A stretch of 64,000 nt of DNA, taken from Patescibacteria group bacterium (lineage in GTDB: Bacteria; Patescibacteriota; Patescibacteriia; Patescibacteriales; XYC2-FULL-47-12). Both the position numbers and the translations under genes were made by a program. The first letter of the stretch is position 1, and each line of letters opens with the position of its first letter. The DNA lies in contig JBAZGH010000001.1 in NCBI GenBank assembly GCA_041652935.1, forward strand, positions 7,393-71,392. Reading direction: 5' to 3'. The notes under the pieces are model-generated. The model ran no database searches. It saw nothing but the letters and a program-made list of their open reading frames with translations, and was not told the DNA's origin. Shown one piece after another: positions 1 through 8,599 of this stretch.

Positions 1-192
1 TCGTTTATTTCATACTTTTGCTTTAAAAGTACTGCCATTTCTTGTCCGATATAGGCAAAGCGTCGTTGAAGTAAAAAACAAATTTTCATATTATTCATTA
101 AGTGTTCAAATTTATATAATTATTGTTAATTTATCATTAATTATGAGGAAGGTCAAGGAAAATAGGGCATTTTAGGGAATTATTGATACTCA

Positions 193-221
193 TTGACACC
201 TTTTGATACTTCTGTTAAAAT
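193..221 (+). promoter_or_regulatory. sigma-70-like promoter with -35 TTGACA (193-198), 17-nt spacer and -10 TAAAAT (216-221). It is flanked by a direct repeat TTGATACT (183-190 and 203-210).
   Basis: Read directly. The hexamers and spacing are near consensus. The ATG at 228 lies about 7 nt after the -10, which suggests a leaderless transcript. Confidence 0.5.
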
Positions 222-227
222 ATTAAC

Positions 228-476
228 ATGAATACAGAAATAAAACCAGACAATGTTTATACTACAGCCGAAACTCAAAAACTATTGAAAATAAGCAATA
301 GTACTATTAAACGCATGCTAAAAAAGGGGTTAATAAGAGCTAATAAAGTCGGCGGACAATATCGTATTTTAGGTAAAGAAATTTTGCGTCTACTTTCTCC
401 TGAAGTTGAAAAACAAGCAGTTAGATCTTATTTAAGATTAAAAGATAGGGTTGTGAATAAAATTAATAAATGGTAA
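228..476 (+). CDS. Small helix-turn-helix DNA-binding protein of the excisionase/MerR-like HTH_17 family
   Basis: 82 aa. The motif TTAETQKLLKISNSTIKRMLKKGLIRANKVGGQYRI matches the excisionase-family HTH pattern. Confidence 0.6.
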   Translation: MNTEIKPDNVYTTAETQKLLKISNSTIKRMLKKGLIRANKVGGQYRILGKEILRLLSPEVEKQAVRSYLRLKDRVVNKINKW

Positions 477-492
477 TAATTAAAAAATTAGT

Positions 493-1506
493 ATGTTTAA
501 GAAAAATTCAACTTTCATAATTGCCGAGGTCGGAATTAATCATAATGGCAATTTAAAAATTGCTAAAAAATTAATAACTGCTGCTAAAAAATGCGGCGCA
601 GACGCAGTAAAGTTTCAAAGCTTTAAAACCGAAGAATTAATCATAAAAGAATCAAAAAAAGCTGAGCACGTTAAAGGCAAGCAAAGTTTTTTTGAAATGA
701 TAAAAAGCTGGGAGCTTTCTGATAGTGATTATATAAAGTTGGCTGATTTTGCAAAAAAAGAAGGAATTATCTTTTTTGCTTCAATTTTTGGTAAACAATC
801 TTTAAATATAATGGAAAAAATTAAAGCGCCGCTTTATAAAATAGCATCTTGTGATTTAAATAATCATTATTTGTTAAAAAAAGTTGCTAAAACAAAAAAG
901 CCCATTATTATTTCAGTCGGCATGGGTGATATCAATGAAATAAACCAAGCAGTTAAGATTTTAGAAAAAAATAATAATGAATTAGGAATTTTGCATTGTG
1001 TTTCACTTTATCCGCCACAAGCGCAAGAATTGAATTTACAGCGTATCGCTTTATTAAAGAAAAAATTCCCCAAGCACATAGTTGGTTATTCTGACCATAC
1101 TTTAGATATTTTTACTCCAGCATCAACCATTCTCTTGGGAGCGGAAATCATTGAAAAGCATTTTACACTTGATAAGAATATGCCAGGTCCCGATCAGCCC
1201 AGTTCAGCCAATCCGGCAGAATTTAAGAAAATGGTTGAAGAAATCAGATTTTTAGAAAAGGCAATCAATCATCAGGAAAAAAAGATTACCCCATCAGCCC
1301 GAGAAAAAAAGATGAGTAAGGTTTTTAGGCGCAGTTTGGTTGCTGAAATTAATATTCCCAAAAATACAGTTATTACCGAGGCTATGTTGGGCGTTAAACG
1401 GCCGGGAACAGGCATTCCTTCTTCAGTGATGGATAAAGTAATAGGTAAAAAAGCAAAAATTAATTTAATAAAAAATGCGATGATAAAATACTCTAATTTA
1501 AAGTGA
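493..1506 (+). CDS. N-acetylneuraminate (nonulosonic acid) synthase of the NeuB/PseI/LegI family
   Basis: 337 aa. The N-terminus IAEVGINHNGNLKIAKKLI..GADAVKFQSF is a NeuB TIM-barrel signature. A C-terminal SAF-like region is present. Confidence 0.8.
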   Translation: MFKKNSTFIIAEVGINHNGNLKIAKKLITAAKKCGADAVKFQSFKTEELIIKESKKAEHVKGKQSFFEMIKSWELSDSDYIKLADFAKKEGIIFFASIFGKQSLNIMEKIKAPLYKIASCDLNNHYLLKKVAKTKKPIIISVGMGDINEINQAVKILEKNNNELGILHCVSLYPPQAQELNLQRIALLKKKFPKHIVGYSDHTLDIFTPASTILLGAEIIEKHFTLDKNMPGPDQPSSANPAEFKKMVEEIRFLEKAINHQEKKITPSAREKKMSKVFRRSLVAEINIPKNTVITEAMLGVKRPGTGIPSSVMDKVIGKKAKINLIKNAMIKYSNLK

Positions 1507-2480
1507 TGAAGAAGATAAATATTTTAGGTAAAATAAATAAAGATAATTATCAGGAATTCAACGATTCTGACTTTTTAGGTTATGAAGTTTATTTAAAATC
1601 TCAGGATGATTTTGAGCATTTACCGAAGATGACGCAACGATTAAATATTATATCAGTTCATCAGCCCAGCCGAAATTTTAATCTATGTTCAAATGATGAA
1701 GTTGGGAAAGAATCTTTTAATACAGTATTAAAAATGTTGGAATCACTTAACGCTGGCGGTTATCGAAAAATTGTAGTAGTTCATGGCGCTTTTTTCGATG
1801 AAGATGCTTCCAGTAAGCCAGATCATTTAAAAATTTTAGCAGAAAGAATAGATGAATTAGCGCAATTGTTTCCCAAGATTAAAATTACCCTAGAAAATGA
1901 TGTTTGGTTTTTTAATCAAAGTAAAAACAAGCGGGCATTATTAGTTGAAGCAGATGATTTTTTAGAATTAAAAAAATATTTAAAAACCAATCTTTATATT
2001 ACTTTAGATTTTGAACATATTTGGATATCGTCTGTCTTCAAAAATTTTATTGATAATAGCCCGCAATTTTATTTTGAAATTAAAAATTTAGCAGATTTAG
2101 ACAAACCAGAAGCAGCGGCTGTTAAAAAAGTATGGCTGGAATATTTGCAGAAAAATAAAAATAAAATGGATGATATGGCTTTAAAATTTTTAAAAGAATA
2201 TGAAAAATTAAAATCATCAATAATTAATTTTCATCTAAACGGTTCTAATATGCTTAAATATTGGTTTGATTCAAAAACATTTATTCCGCTTATAGGCGAG
2301 CATCTATGCATTAAAGATGTTGATGATATTTTAAATCACCAGCTTATTAAAAATAATATTAAAAATTTAACAGAACAAAGTGAAGCTAATTTAGTTTTAG
2401 AGATATGGCCTAGAAATACTAAACAATATGTTGTTGAATTAAAAAAATCAGGCCAGATAGCTAAAAAAATATATGCTTAA
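1503..2480 (+). CDS. Hypothetical protein, possibly a xylose-isomerase-like TIM-barrel sugar isomerase/epimerase
   Basis: 325 aa. Scattered His/Glu/Asp motifs (ISVHQP, LENDVWFF, DFEHIW, NFHLNGS, LEIWP) resemble the metal-binding residues of AP-endonuclease-2/xylose-isomerase-like barrels. Homology is weak. Confidence 0.3.
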   Translation: MMKKINILGKINKDNYQEFNDSDFLGYEVYLKSQDDFEHLPKMTQRLNIISVHQPSRNFNLCSNDEVGKESFNTVLKMLESLNAGGYRKIVVVHGAFFDEDASSKPDHLKILAERIDELAQLFPKIKITLENDVWFFNQSKNKRALLVEADDFLELKKYLKTNLYITLDFEHIWISSVFKNFIDNSPQFYFEIKNLADLDKPEAAAVKKVWLEYLQKNKNKMDDMALKFLKEYEKLKSSIINFHLNGSNMLKYWFDSKTFIPLIGEHLCIKDVDDILNHQLIKNNIKNLTEQSEANLVLEIWPRNTKQYVVELKKSGQIAKKIYA

Positions 2481-3114
2481 AAATAAAAAAAATATTATTA
2501 TTATCGGCGCGGGTGAAAATGGGGAAGTAGCTTTAAATTGTTTGCTGCAGTACAAAAAAGAATGGAAATTCATTGGTTTTTTAGATGATACTTTTAGCAA
2601 GAATAAAGAGCAAAAAATAATTGGAAAAGTAAATGATTATAAAAAGTATAAAAATAGTTATTTTTATATTGCAATCGGCGATAATTCGGCTCGCCGAAAG
2701 GTATTTGAAAGTTTAAAAAAAGCCAATTGTTTTTTTATTAATTTAATTCATCCCAAAGCTTTTATTGAAAAAAATGTTTGTTTGGGAGAAAGCGTTTTCG
2801 TAGGAGCAAACGTTTATGTTAATATTAAGTGCGCTATTGGCGATAATACTATTATAAACAACGGTTGTATTATTGAACATCATAATACCATCGGGCAACA
2901 TTGCCATTTAGCGCCCGGCGTAATTACCGGCGGAGGCGTGAAAATTAATAATAATGTTTTTATCGGACTAAACAGCGTAATTAGAGACCATGTTGAAATT
3001 AAAAATAATGTTTCTATTGGAATGGGATCTGTGATTACAAAAGACATTTCTTCAGGATTATTAGTTCATAATAATTTACGAATAAAAAGTAAAAAATATG
3101 GGCAAGGAAATTAA
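2473..3114 (+). CDS. Hexapeptide-repeat sugar O/N-acyltransferase (NeuD/PglD/PseH-like)
   Basis: 213 aa. The N-terminal Rossmann-like stretch IIIGAGENGEVALNCL is followed by left-handed beta-helix hexapeptide repeats (IG.N..I...C.I). Confidence 0.7.
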   Translation: MLKNKKNIIIIGAGENGEVALNCLLQYKKEWKFIGFLDDTFSKNKEQKIIGKVNDYKKYKNSYFYIAIGDNSARRKVFESLKKANCFFINLIHPKAFIEKNVCLGESVFVGANVYVNIKCAIGDNTIINNGCIIEHHNTIGQHCHLAPGVITGGGVKINNNVFIGLNSVIRDHVEIKNNVSIGMGSVITKDISSGLLVHNNLRIKSKKYGQGN

Positions 3115-3799
3115 AAAAGCAAAAAATATTTGTTTAATCCCGGCTCGAGGGGGGTCTAAAAGAATTCCTAAAAAAAATATTATTGATTTTTGCGGCAAGC
3201 CTTTAATAGCGCGCACAATTGAGGTTGCCATAAAATCAAAATTATTTAAAGAAATATATATTAGTTCTGATTCGGAAGAAATTTTAAAAATAGCTAGTCG
3301 TTATAAAGTCAAACAAATAAGACGACCAGTCAAACTCGCCAGCAGTAGTGCATTATTGGAAAATGTCACCCTGCATTTATTAAATAATATTTCGGATAAT
3401 TTTGATTATTTATGTCTGTTGATGCCCAATTGCCCCCTGCGCCTTTCGGAAGATATAAAAAAATCATATAAAAAATTAATAAAATCAAAAGCGAATTGTT
3501 TAATGAGCGTGGTTGATTATCATTGGTTAAATCCTTTCTGGGTCATGCAGGAAAAAAATAATCATCTAAAAATGCTTTTTGGCAATAAATATTTTGTTAA
3601 TAATTTTCAAAAATTGCCGCAAGATGTTTATTGCCCGACCGGCGTAGTACGCTGGGTCAAAATTAATAATTTTTTAAAAGAAAAAAAATATTATGGAAAA
3701 GATTTAATAAAATATGAAGTGCCTTTTGAAAGAGGGGTTGACATTGATACTTATCAGGATTTAGAGCTAGCTAAGAAGTTTTATAAAATATTAAAATAA
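3098..3799 (+). CDS. Acylneuraminate cytidylyltransferase (CMP-nonulosonic acid synthetase, NeuA/LegF-like)
   Basis: 233 aa. The N-terminal ICLIPARGGSKRIPKKNI is the CTP_transf_3 motif. Confidence 0.8.
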   Translation: MGKEIKKAKNICLIPARGGSKRIPKKNIIDFCGKPLIARTIEVAIKSKLFKEIYISSDSEEILKIASRYKVKQIRRPVKLASSSALLENVTLHLLNNISDNFDYLCLLMPNCPLRLSEDIKKSYKKLIKSKANCLMSVVDYHWLNPFWVMQEKNNHLKMLFGNKYFVNNFQKLPQDVYCPTGVVRWVKINNFLKEKKYYGKDLIKYEVPFERGVDIDTYQDLELAKKFYKILK

Positions 3800-3817
3800 T
3801 CCATTTAATTAAGAAGT

Positions 3818-4600
3818 ATGCCAAAAAAAATTAATGACGATAATTGGAAAATATGGGATGAATTTAATGTTTACGGTGATATTCTATATAAAAGAGCGAT
3901 TGGCAAAATAGAAGAGATGCAGTCAGCTAAAAGTATCTGTAAATTATTGCCGTCGTTTTATAAAAAGGGGATGAGTCTTTTGGATGTAGGGTGTGGAGCC
4001 GGGCATTATTTGCGGAGTTTGCAGTTAAGATTAGATAAAAATATAAAATATACGGGTGTTGACGCTACCAAGAATTATATTAAGTTGGCCAAAAAAGCAT
4101 TTGGTTCAAAAGCGAATTTTTTAACAGGCGACATTTTCAATTTGCCATTTAATGATAAAGCTTTTGATATTGTAATGTGTAATAATGTTATATTGCATTT
4201 ACCGCCGCCGCCGACAAAAGCAATTTCAGAATTAATTCGAGTAGCTAAAAAATATATAGTTATTCGTACTGTTATTGGTGAAAGAAATTATATAATTAAA
4301 GAGGTCAGAAATTTTAATGAAGGGGCAAAGCTTAAAGTTAAAGATGAAGATTTAATCGGCAAAAATGGATATCCGCTTTCTTATAATTTTTTTAATATGT
4401 ATACCACTGAATATTTAAAAGGTATCATTAATAGAATCGACAAAAATTTAGAGGTTAAGATTGTTTCTGATAATGAGTGGAAATCATTTAATAACAGAAA
4501 GATAGCCGGCGCTTTAGCTACTAAAGTTATTGACGGCAGGCAAGTTTCCGGAAATTTAATGCTTGACTGGAGATATATAATTGTAAAGAAAAAAATATAA
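3818..4600 (+). CDS. Class I SAM-dependent methyltransferase
   Basis: 260 aa. Motif I is LLDVGCGAGHY. Confidence 0.7.
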   Translation: MPKKINDDNWKIWDEFNVYGDILYKRAIGKIEEMQSAKSICKLLPSFYKKGMSLLDVGCGAGHYLRSLQLRLDKNIKYTGVDATKNYIKLAKKAFGSKANFLTGDIFNLPFNDKAFDIVMCNNVILHLPPPPTKAISELIRVAKKYIVIRTVIGERNYIIKEVRNFNEGAKLKVKDEDLIGKNGYPLSYNFFNMYTTEYLKGIINRIDKNLEVKIVSDNEWKSFNNRKIAGALATKVIDGRQVSGNLMLDWRYIIVKKKI

Positions 4601-4616
4601 AATTTATTTATCGTTT

Positions 4617-5747
4617 ATGAAGTTAAAAGAGTATCCCATAGCCAGACCGTTTATTGGCAAGAAAGAGGAGGGGTATGTTTTGGAAGTTTTACGCTCCGGT
4701 GTTTTAAGCATGGGAAAAAAGATTGAAGAATTTGAAAAATTATTTGCCAAGCATATTAGAACTAAATATGCCTGCGCGGTATCCAGTGGAACTGCTGGTC
4801 TTCATCTAATTATGATTGCAACGGATATTAAATCCGGAGATGAAGTAATTACCACTCCTTTTTCCTTTATAGCTTCAGCCAATTCTATTTTGTACGTTGG
4901 CGCTAAGCCGGTGTTTGTTGATATTAATCCTAATACATACAATATAGATGTTAATAAAATAGAAGAAAAAATTACCAAAAAAACTAAAGCTATTTTGGTG
5001 GTGCATATTTTTGGGCAAACAGCTGACATGAAGCCAATAAAAGCTATTGCCAAAAAATATAAGCTCAAAATTATTGAAGATGCCTGCGAGTCAATCAGCG
5101 CTTCTTATGATGGCCAACAGGCCGGAACCTTCGGCGAGTCAGCGGTATTTGCTTTTTATCCCAACAAGCAATTAACTACCGGAGAAGGCGGTATGATAGT
5201 TACAAATAAAAAGAAAATTTACGATTTATGCGTAAGCTTGCGCAACCAAGGGCGGGCAAAAAATATGCAATGGCTTGACCATGAATATTTAGGTTATAAT
5301 TATCGCATGGATGAAATGAGCGCGGCAGTAGGATTGGCTCAACTGGAAAAAATAAATTGGATGATTGCCGAACGTCGTAAAATCGCAAAATGGTATAATA
5401 AATATTTATCTTCTTATACTGATTTAGTACAGTTGCCGATAACCGCTAAGGGAAATAAACATAGCTGGTTCGTATATGTGATCAAATTAGTGCCAAAAAA
5501 TATTAATCGGAATAAAATTATAAATCAATTGAAACTTAAAAAAATTTATACTAAGCTCTATTTACCAGCAATTCATTTATTTGATTTTTATAGAAAGTTG
5601 CATGGTTATAAAAGGGGGGATTTTCCACAAACCGAAAAAGCCGCTGATGTATGCCTAGCCTTGCCTTTTTATATCGGCTTAAAGGAAAAAGATGTAAAAT
5701 ATATCGTTGATCAGTTATTAATCATTATAAAAAAATATGAAAAATAA
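4617..5747 (+). CDS. DegT/DnrJ/EryC1/StrS-family PLP-dependent sugar aminotransferase (PseC/LegC-like)
   Basis: 376 aa. It has the typical DegT layout, with AVSSGTAGLHL and a lysine-containing region. Confidence 0.8.
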   Translation: MKLKEYPIARPFIGKKEEGYVLEVLRSGVLSMGKKIEEFEKLFAKHIRTKYACAVSSGTAGLHLIMIATDIKSGDEVITTPFSFIASANSILYVGAKPVFVDINPNTYNIDVNKIEEKITKKTKAILVVHIFGQTADMKPIKAIAKKYKLKIIEDACESISASYDGQQAGTFGESAVFAFYPNKQLTTGEGGMIVTNKKKIYDLCVSLRNQGRAKNMQWLDHEYLGYNYRMDEMSAAVGLAQLEKINWMIAERRKIAKWYNKYLSSYTDLVQLPITAKGNKHSWFVYVIKLVPKNINRNKIINQLKLKKIYTKLYLPAIHLFDFYRKLHGYKRGDFPQTEKAADVCLALPFYIGLKEKDVKYIVDQLLIIIKKYEK

Positions 5748-6789
5748 ATTATTAAATGAATTTAAAGGTAAGCGAATTTTAGTGACTGGTGGAACAGGCT
5801 CTATCGGATCAACAATTGTTAAAGAGCTTTTAAAGTACCGACCGCGCCAAATTCGTATTTTTAGTCGTGATGAAACCAAGCAATTTGAATTAATGCATCA
5901 AATTAGTTCCTCAGTCCCAGTTAATTTTTTAATTGGTGATGTGCGGGATAAAGACCGTTTAAGCATGGCGATGGAAAATATTGATATTGTTTTTCACGCG
6001 GCAGCGCTTAAGCACGTAACGGCTTGCGAAAGAAATCCCTTCGAAGCGATGAAAACTAATGTTCAAGGGACGCAGAATATGATTGATTGCGCCTTTGCCA
6101 ATAAGGTTGATAAAGTGATCGTGATTTCCACTGATAAAGCAACCGACCCGGCTAATGTGATGGGGTGCACCAAACTTTTAGCTGAAAAAATGGTTTTAGC
6201 CAGCTTCTTTTATAAAGGGAACAAAAATACTAAAATTTGCTGTGTTCGGTTCGGCAATGTTTTAGGTTCTCGTGGTTCAGTAGTCCCTTTATTTATTAAT
6301 CAAATAAAACGTAATCAGCCAGTTACCATTACTGACCCCAACATGACCAGATTTTTCATGTCTATTGAACAAGCGGTTCAATTGGTATTTAAATCCGCTG
6401 TTATGACAAAAAATTGTGAAATTTTTGTATTAAAAATGCCGGTAATAGCCATTAAAGATCTAGCTAAAGCTGTTATTGAAATTTTTCAAGAAAAAAATAA
6501 AATTAAGTTAAATATCCCCATTAAAATTATTGGAAAAAGGGGAGGTGAACGGATTTACGAAAAGCTTTTAACCGCAGAGGAATCGTTGGGAGCGCTAGAG
6601 ACAGATGAGATGTTTATCGCTCTCCCAAGTTTAATAGATCCAAAACCGGGATATGAATTTTTAAAAGACAATTATTATCCTGGCGCCAAGAAAGCCAAAA
6701 TAGGGGAATACTTATCAAAAGATATTAAAAAAATGCCAATTAAAAAAATTAAGGAATTATTATTATCTAATAAAGATTTAGATTTTTAA
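5737..6789 (+). CDS. UDP-N-acetylglucosamine 4,6-dehydratase (PseB/CapD/LegB-like short-chain dehydratase)
   Basis: 350 aa. The N-terminal ILVTGGTGSIGS is an NAD(P)-binding motif, and the polysaccharide-dehydratase core is present. Confidence 0.8.
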   Translation: MKNKLLNEFKGKRILVTGGTGSIGSTIVKELLKYRPRQIRIFSRDETKQFELMHQISSSVPVNFLIGDVRDKDRLSMAMENIDIVFHAAALKHVTACERNPFEAMKTNVQGTQNMIDCAFANKVDKVIVISTDKATDPANVMGCTKLLAEKMVLASFFYKGNKNTKICCVRFGNVLGSRGSVVPLFINQIKRNQPVTITDPNMTRFFMSIEQAVQLVFKSAVMTKNCEIFVLKMPVIAIKDLAKAVIEIFQEKNKIKLNIPIKIIGKRGGERIYEKLLTAEESLGALETDEMFIALPSLIDPKPGYEFLKDNYYPGAKKAKIGEYLSKDIKKMPIKKIKELLLSNKDLDF

Positions 6790-6805
6790 AATATTAAAAA
6801 TTACT

Positions 6806-8599
6806 ATGTTTAGTATGTTCAAAAAATTATTTAATGCAGCCAAAATTTTTAAGCGCGCTTTCGGCCAACATAAGAAAGTTTTAGTGCTATTATTTTTCTT
6901 AAGTTTTTTAAACAGTATTTTAGAAGGAGTCGGAATTAGCGCCTTAATACCTTTCTTTTCTTTTATTGGGCATAATCAGTTTGGCAACACTGATTTAATT
7001 TCGCGATCAATAGAGAATTTTTTTATTTATTTACATATCCCATTTACTCTAAAATTTTTATTAATTTTTGTCTTATCCCTCTTTATATTGAAAGCAATTG
7101 TATTATTTTTTACTAATTTTATAGCTGCTTTAGTTACTACTAGTTATGAAAAAAATTTACGCAGCAATTTATTTAAGCTGACCCTATATGATTCATGGCC
7201 GCATTTAATCAAACAAAAAGTCGGGCATTTGGATCAATTGCTAGTTACTGACATAAACTGCAGCTCTAGTTTAATTTCCAGTATAGTTACCGGAGCGTTG
7301 ATGTTTACTAAATTAGTCGTCTATGTTTTAGTGGCTATAAATTTATCAATACCAATAACGCTTTTTGCTTTAATTTTAGGTCTGCTCACTTTTTTTATTT
7401 TTAAGCCGTTTTTTTATAAAAATCAAATTATGTCGCGTCGGGCATCTAATATGTATAAAGATTTAGCCCATTTTGTGAATGAGAATATAATTGGCATGAA
7501 AACCGTTAAATCAATGTTTGTGGAAAAATCAGTTATTGAGCGAGGGAAAAAATATTTTGAAGAACTTAGAAGTGTTAATCTTAAAGTAGCCGTCAGTCGG
7601 CATATTACCCACGCCTTAATGCAGCCGATTGGTTTTATTTTTATTATAGCGATATTCTCTTTTTCCTATAAAACTAATATTTTTAATTTTGCTTCTTTCG
7701 TTGTTATAGTATATGCTATTAATCAGATTTTTACTCAAATCCAGTCCGGTCAGGCGCATTTACATGGCATGATTTCATCAGCTCCATATCTAATGAATAT
7801 AATAAACTATCAAGAAATTGCTCGACAAAATATTGAAGAAGACAAAGGGAATAAAAAGTTTGTTTTTAATAATAATTTAGAACTCGCAGATGTTAATTTT
7901 AGTTACAATTCCAACCAAGAGACCTTAAGACATATAAATTTATTAATCAAAAAAGGAGATATGATTGGTTTAGTCGGCCATTCGGGTGCTGGCAAAACAA
8001 CAATGGTTGACTTGCTGTTGAGACTTTTTCAACCTGATAGTGGAAATATTTTGTTAGATGGAAGTAATATTAATGATTTTAGCTTAAGAGAATGGCGAAC
8101 AAATGTCGGCTATGTGTCTCAAGATATTTTTTTATTAAATGATACGATTGAAAATAATATTAAATTTTATAACAATAGTTTAACTAAAAAAGAAGTAGAA
8201 AAATTTGCTAAAATTGCTAATATTTTTGATTTTGTTTCAAGTTTGCCAGATAAATTTTCGGCAGTTATTGGTGAAAGAGGAATATTGTTGTCCGGAGGGC
8301 AAAGACAGCGCATTATTTTAGCTAGAATTCTAGCGAAAAATCCTAAAATTTTAATTTTAGATGAAGCAACCAGCGCTTTAGATAATGAATCAGAAATTCA
8401 GATTCAGAAAGCGATAGAAAATTTAAAGGGAAAAATTACAGTTTTAGCCATTGCTCATAGATTGACAACAGTTAAAAATTGCGATCGAATTATTGTTTTA
8501 AAAGATGGAGAAATAATTGAAAATGGAGAGCCGAAAGAATTACTCAATAACAAAAATTCTGCTTTTTATGAGATGTATAATATAAAAAATAATAGTTGA
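6806..8599 (+). CDS. ABC transporter with fused permease and ATPase (MsbA-like exporter)
   Basis: 597 aa. There is an N-terminal six-helix transmembrane domain. Walker A is GHSGAGKTT, the signature is LSGGQRQR and Walker B is ILILDEAT. Confidence 0.8.
   Translation: MFSMFKKLFNAAKIFKRAFGQHKKVLVLLFFLSFLNSILEGVGISALIPFFSFIGHNQFGNTDLISRSIENFFIYLHIPFTLKFLLIFVLSLFILKAIVLFFTNFIAALVTTSYEKNLRSNLFKLTLYDSWPHLIKQKVGHLDQLLVTDINCSSSLISSIVTGALMFTKLVVYVLVAINLSIPITLFALILGLLTFFIFKPFFYKNQIMSRRASNMYKDLAHFVNENIIGMKTVKSMFVEKSVIERGKKYFEELRSVNLKVAVSRHITHALMQPIGFIFIIAIFSFSYKTNIFNFASFVVIVYAINQIFTQIQSGQAHLHGMISSAPYLMNIINYQEIARQNIEEDKGNKKFVFNNNLELADVNFSYNSNQETLRHINLLIKKGDMIGLVGHSGAGKTTMVDLLLRLFQPDSGNILLDGSNINDFSLREWRTNVGYVSQDIFLLNDTIENNIKFYNNSLTKKEVEKFAKIANIFDFVSSLPDKFSAVIGERGILLSGGQRQRIILARILAKNPKILILDEATSALDNESEIQIQKAIENLKGKITVLAIAHRLTTVKNCDRIIVLKDGEIIENGEPKELLNNKNSAFYEMYNIKNNS

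Noticed and set aside
1-227. A possible gene running into the window from upstream (plus frame 2 is open for about 58 codons).
   Set aside because: The stretch is AT-rich and of low complexity, with no motifs and no plausible start. It is more likely a promoter or leader region for the HTH gene.
4802-5388. Short antisense ORFs (4802-5068 and 5200-5388, minus strand) inside the DegT aminotransferase gene. Similar antisense ORFs occur at 9018-9236, 9688-9933, 10553-10924, 15541-15984, 16172-16525, 21695-22744, 23488-23925, 25012-25449, 25759-26248, 27577-28590, 29381-30548, 31054-31356, 32262-33347, 35200-35556, 37245-38124, 39046-40075, 42047-42409, 45152-45436, 46046-46722, 47141-48105, 51492-52703, 53305-54000, 54382-55802, 55880-57283, 57887-58543 and 59137-59484.
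   Set aside because: Each lies wholly within, and opposite to or out of frame with, a CDS that has a strong family signature. They show no motifs and have low-complexity compositions typical of AT-rich antisense frames.
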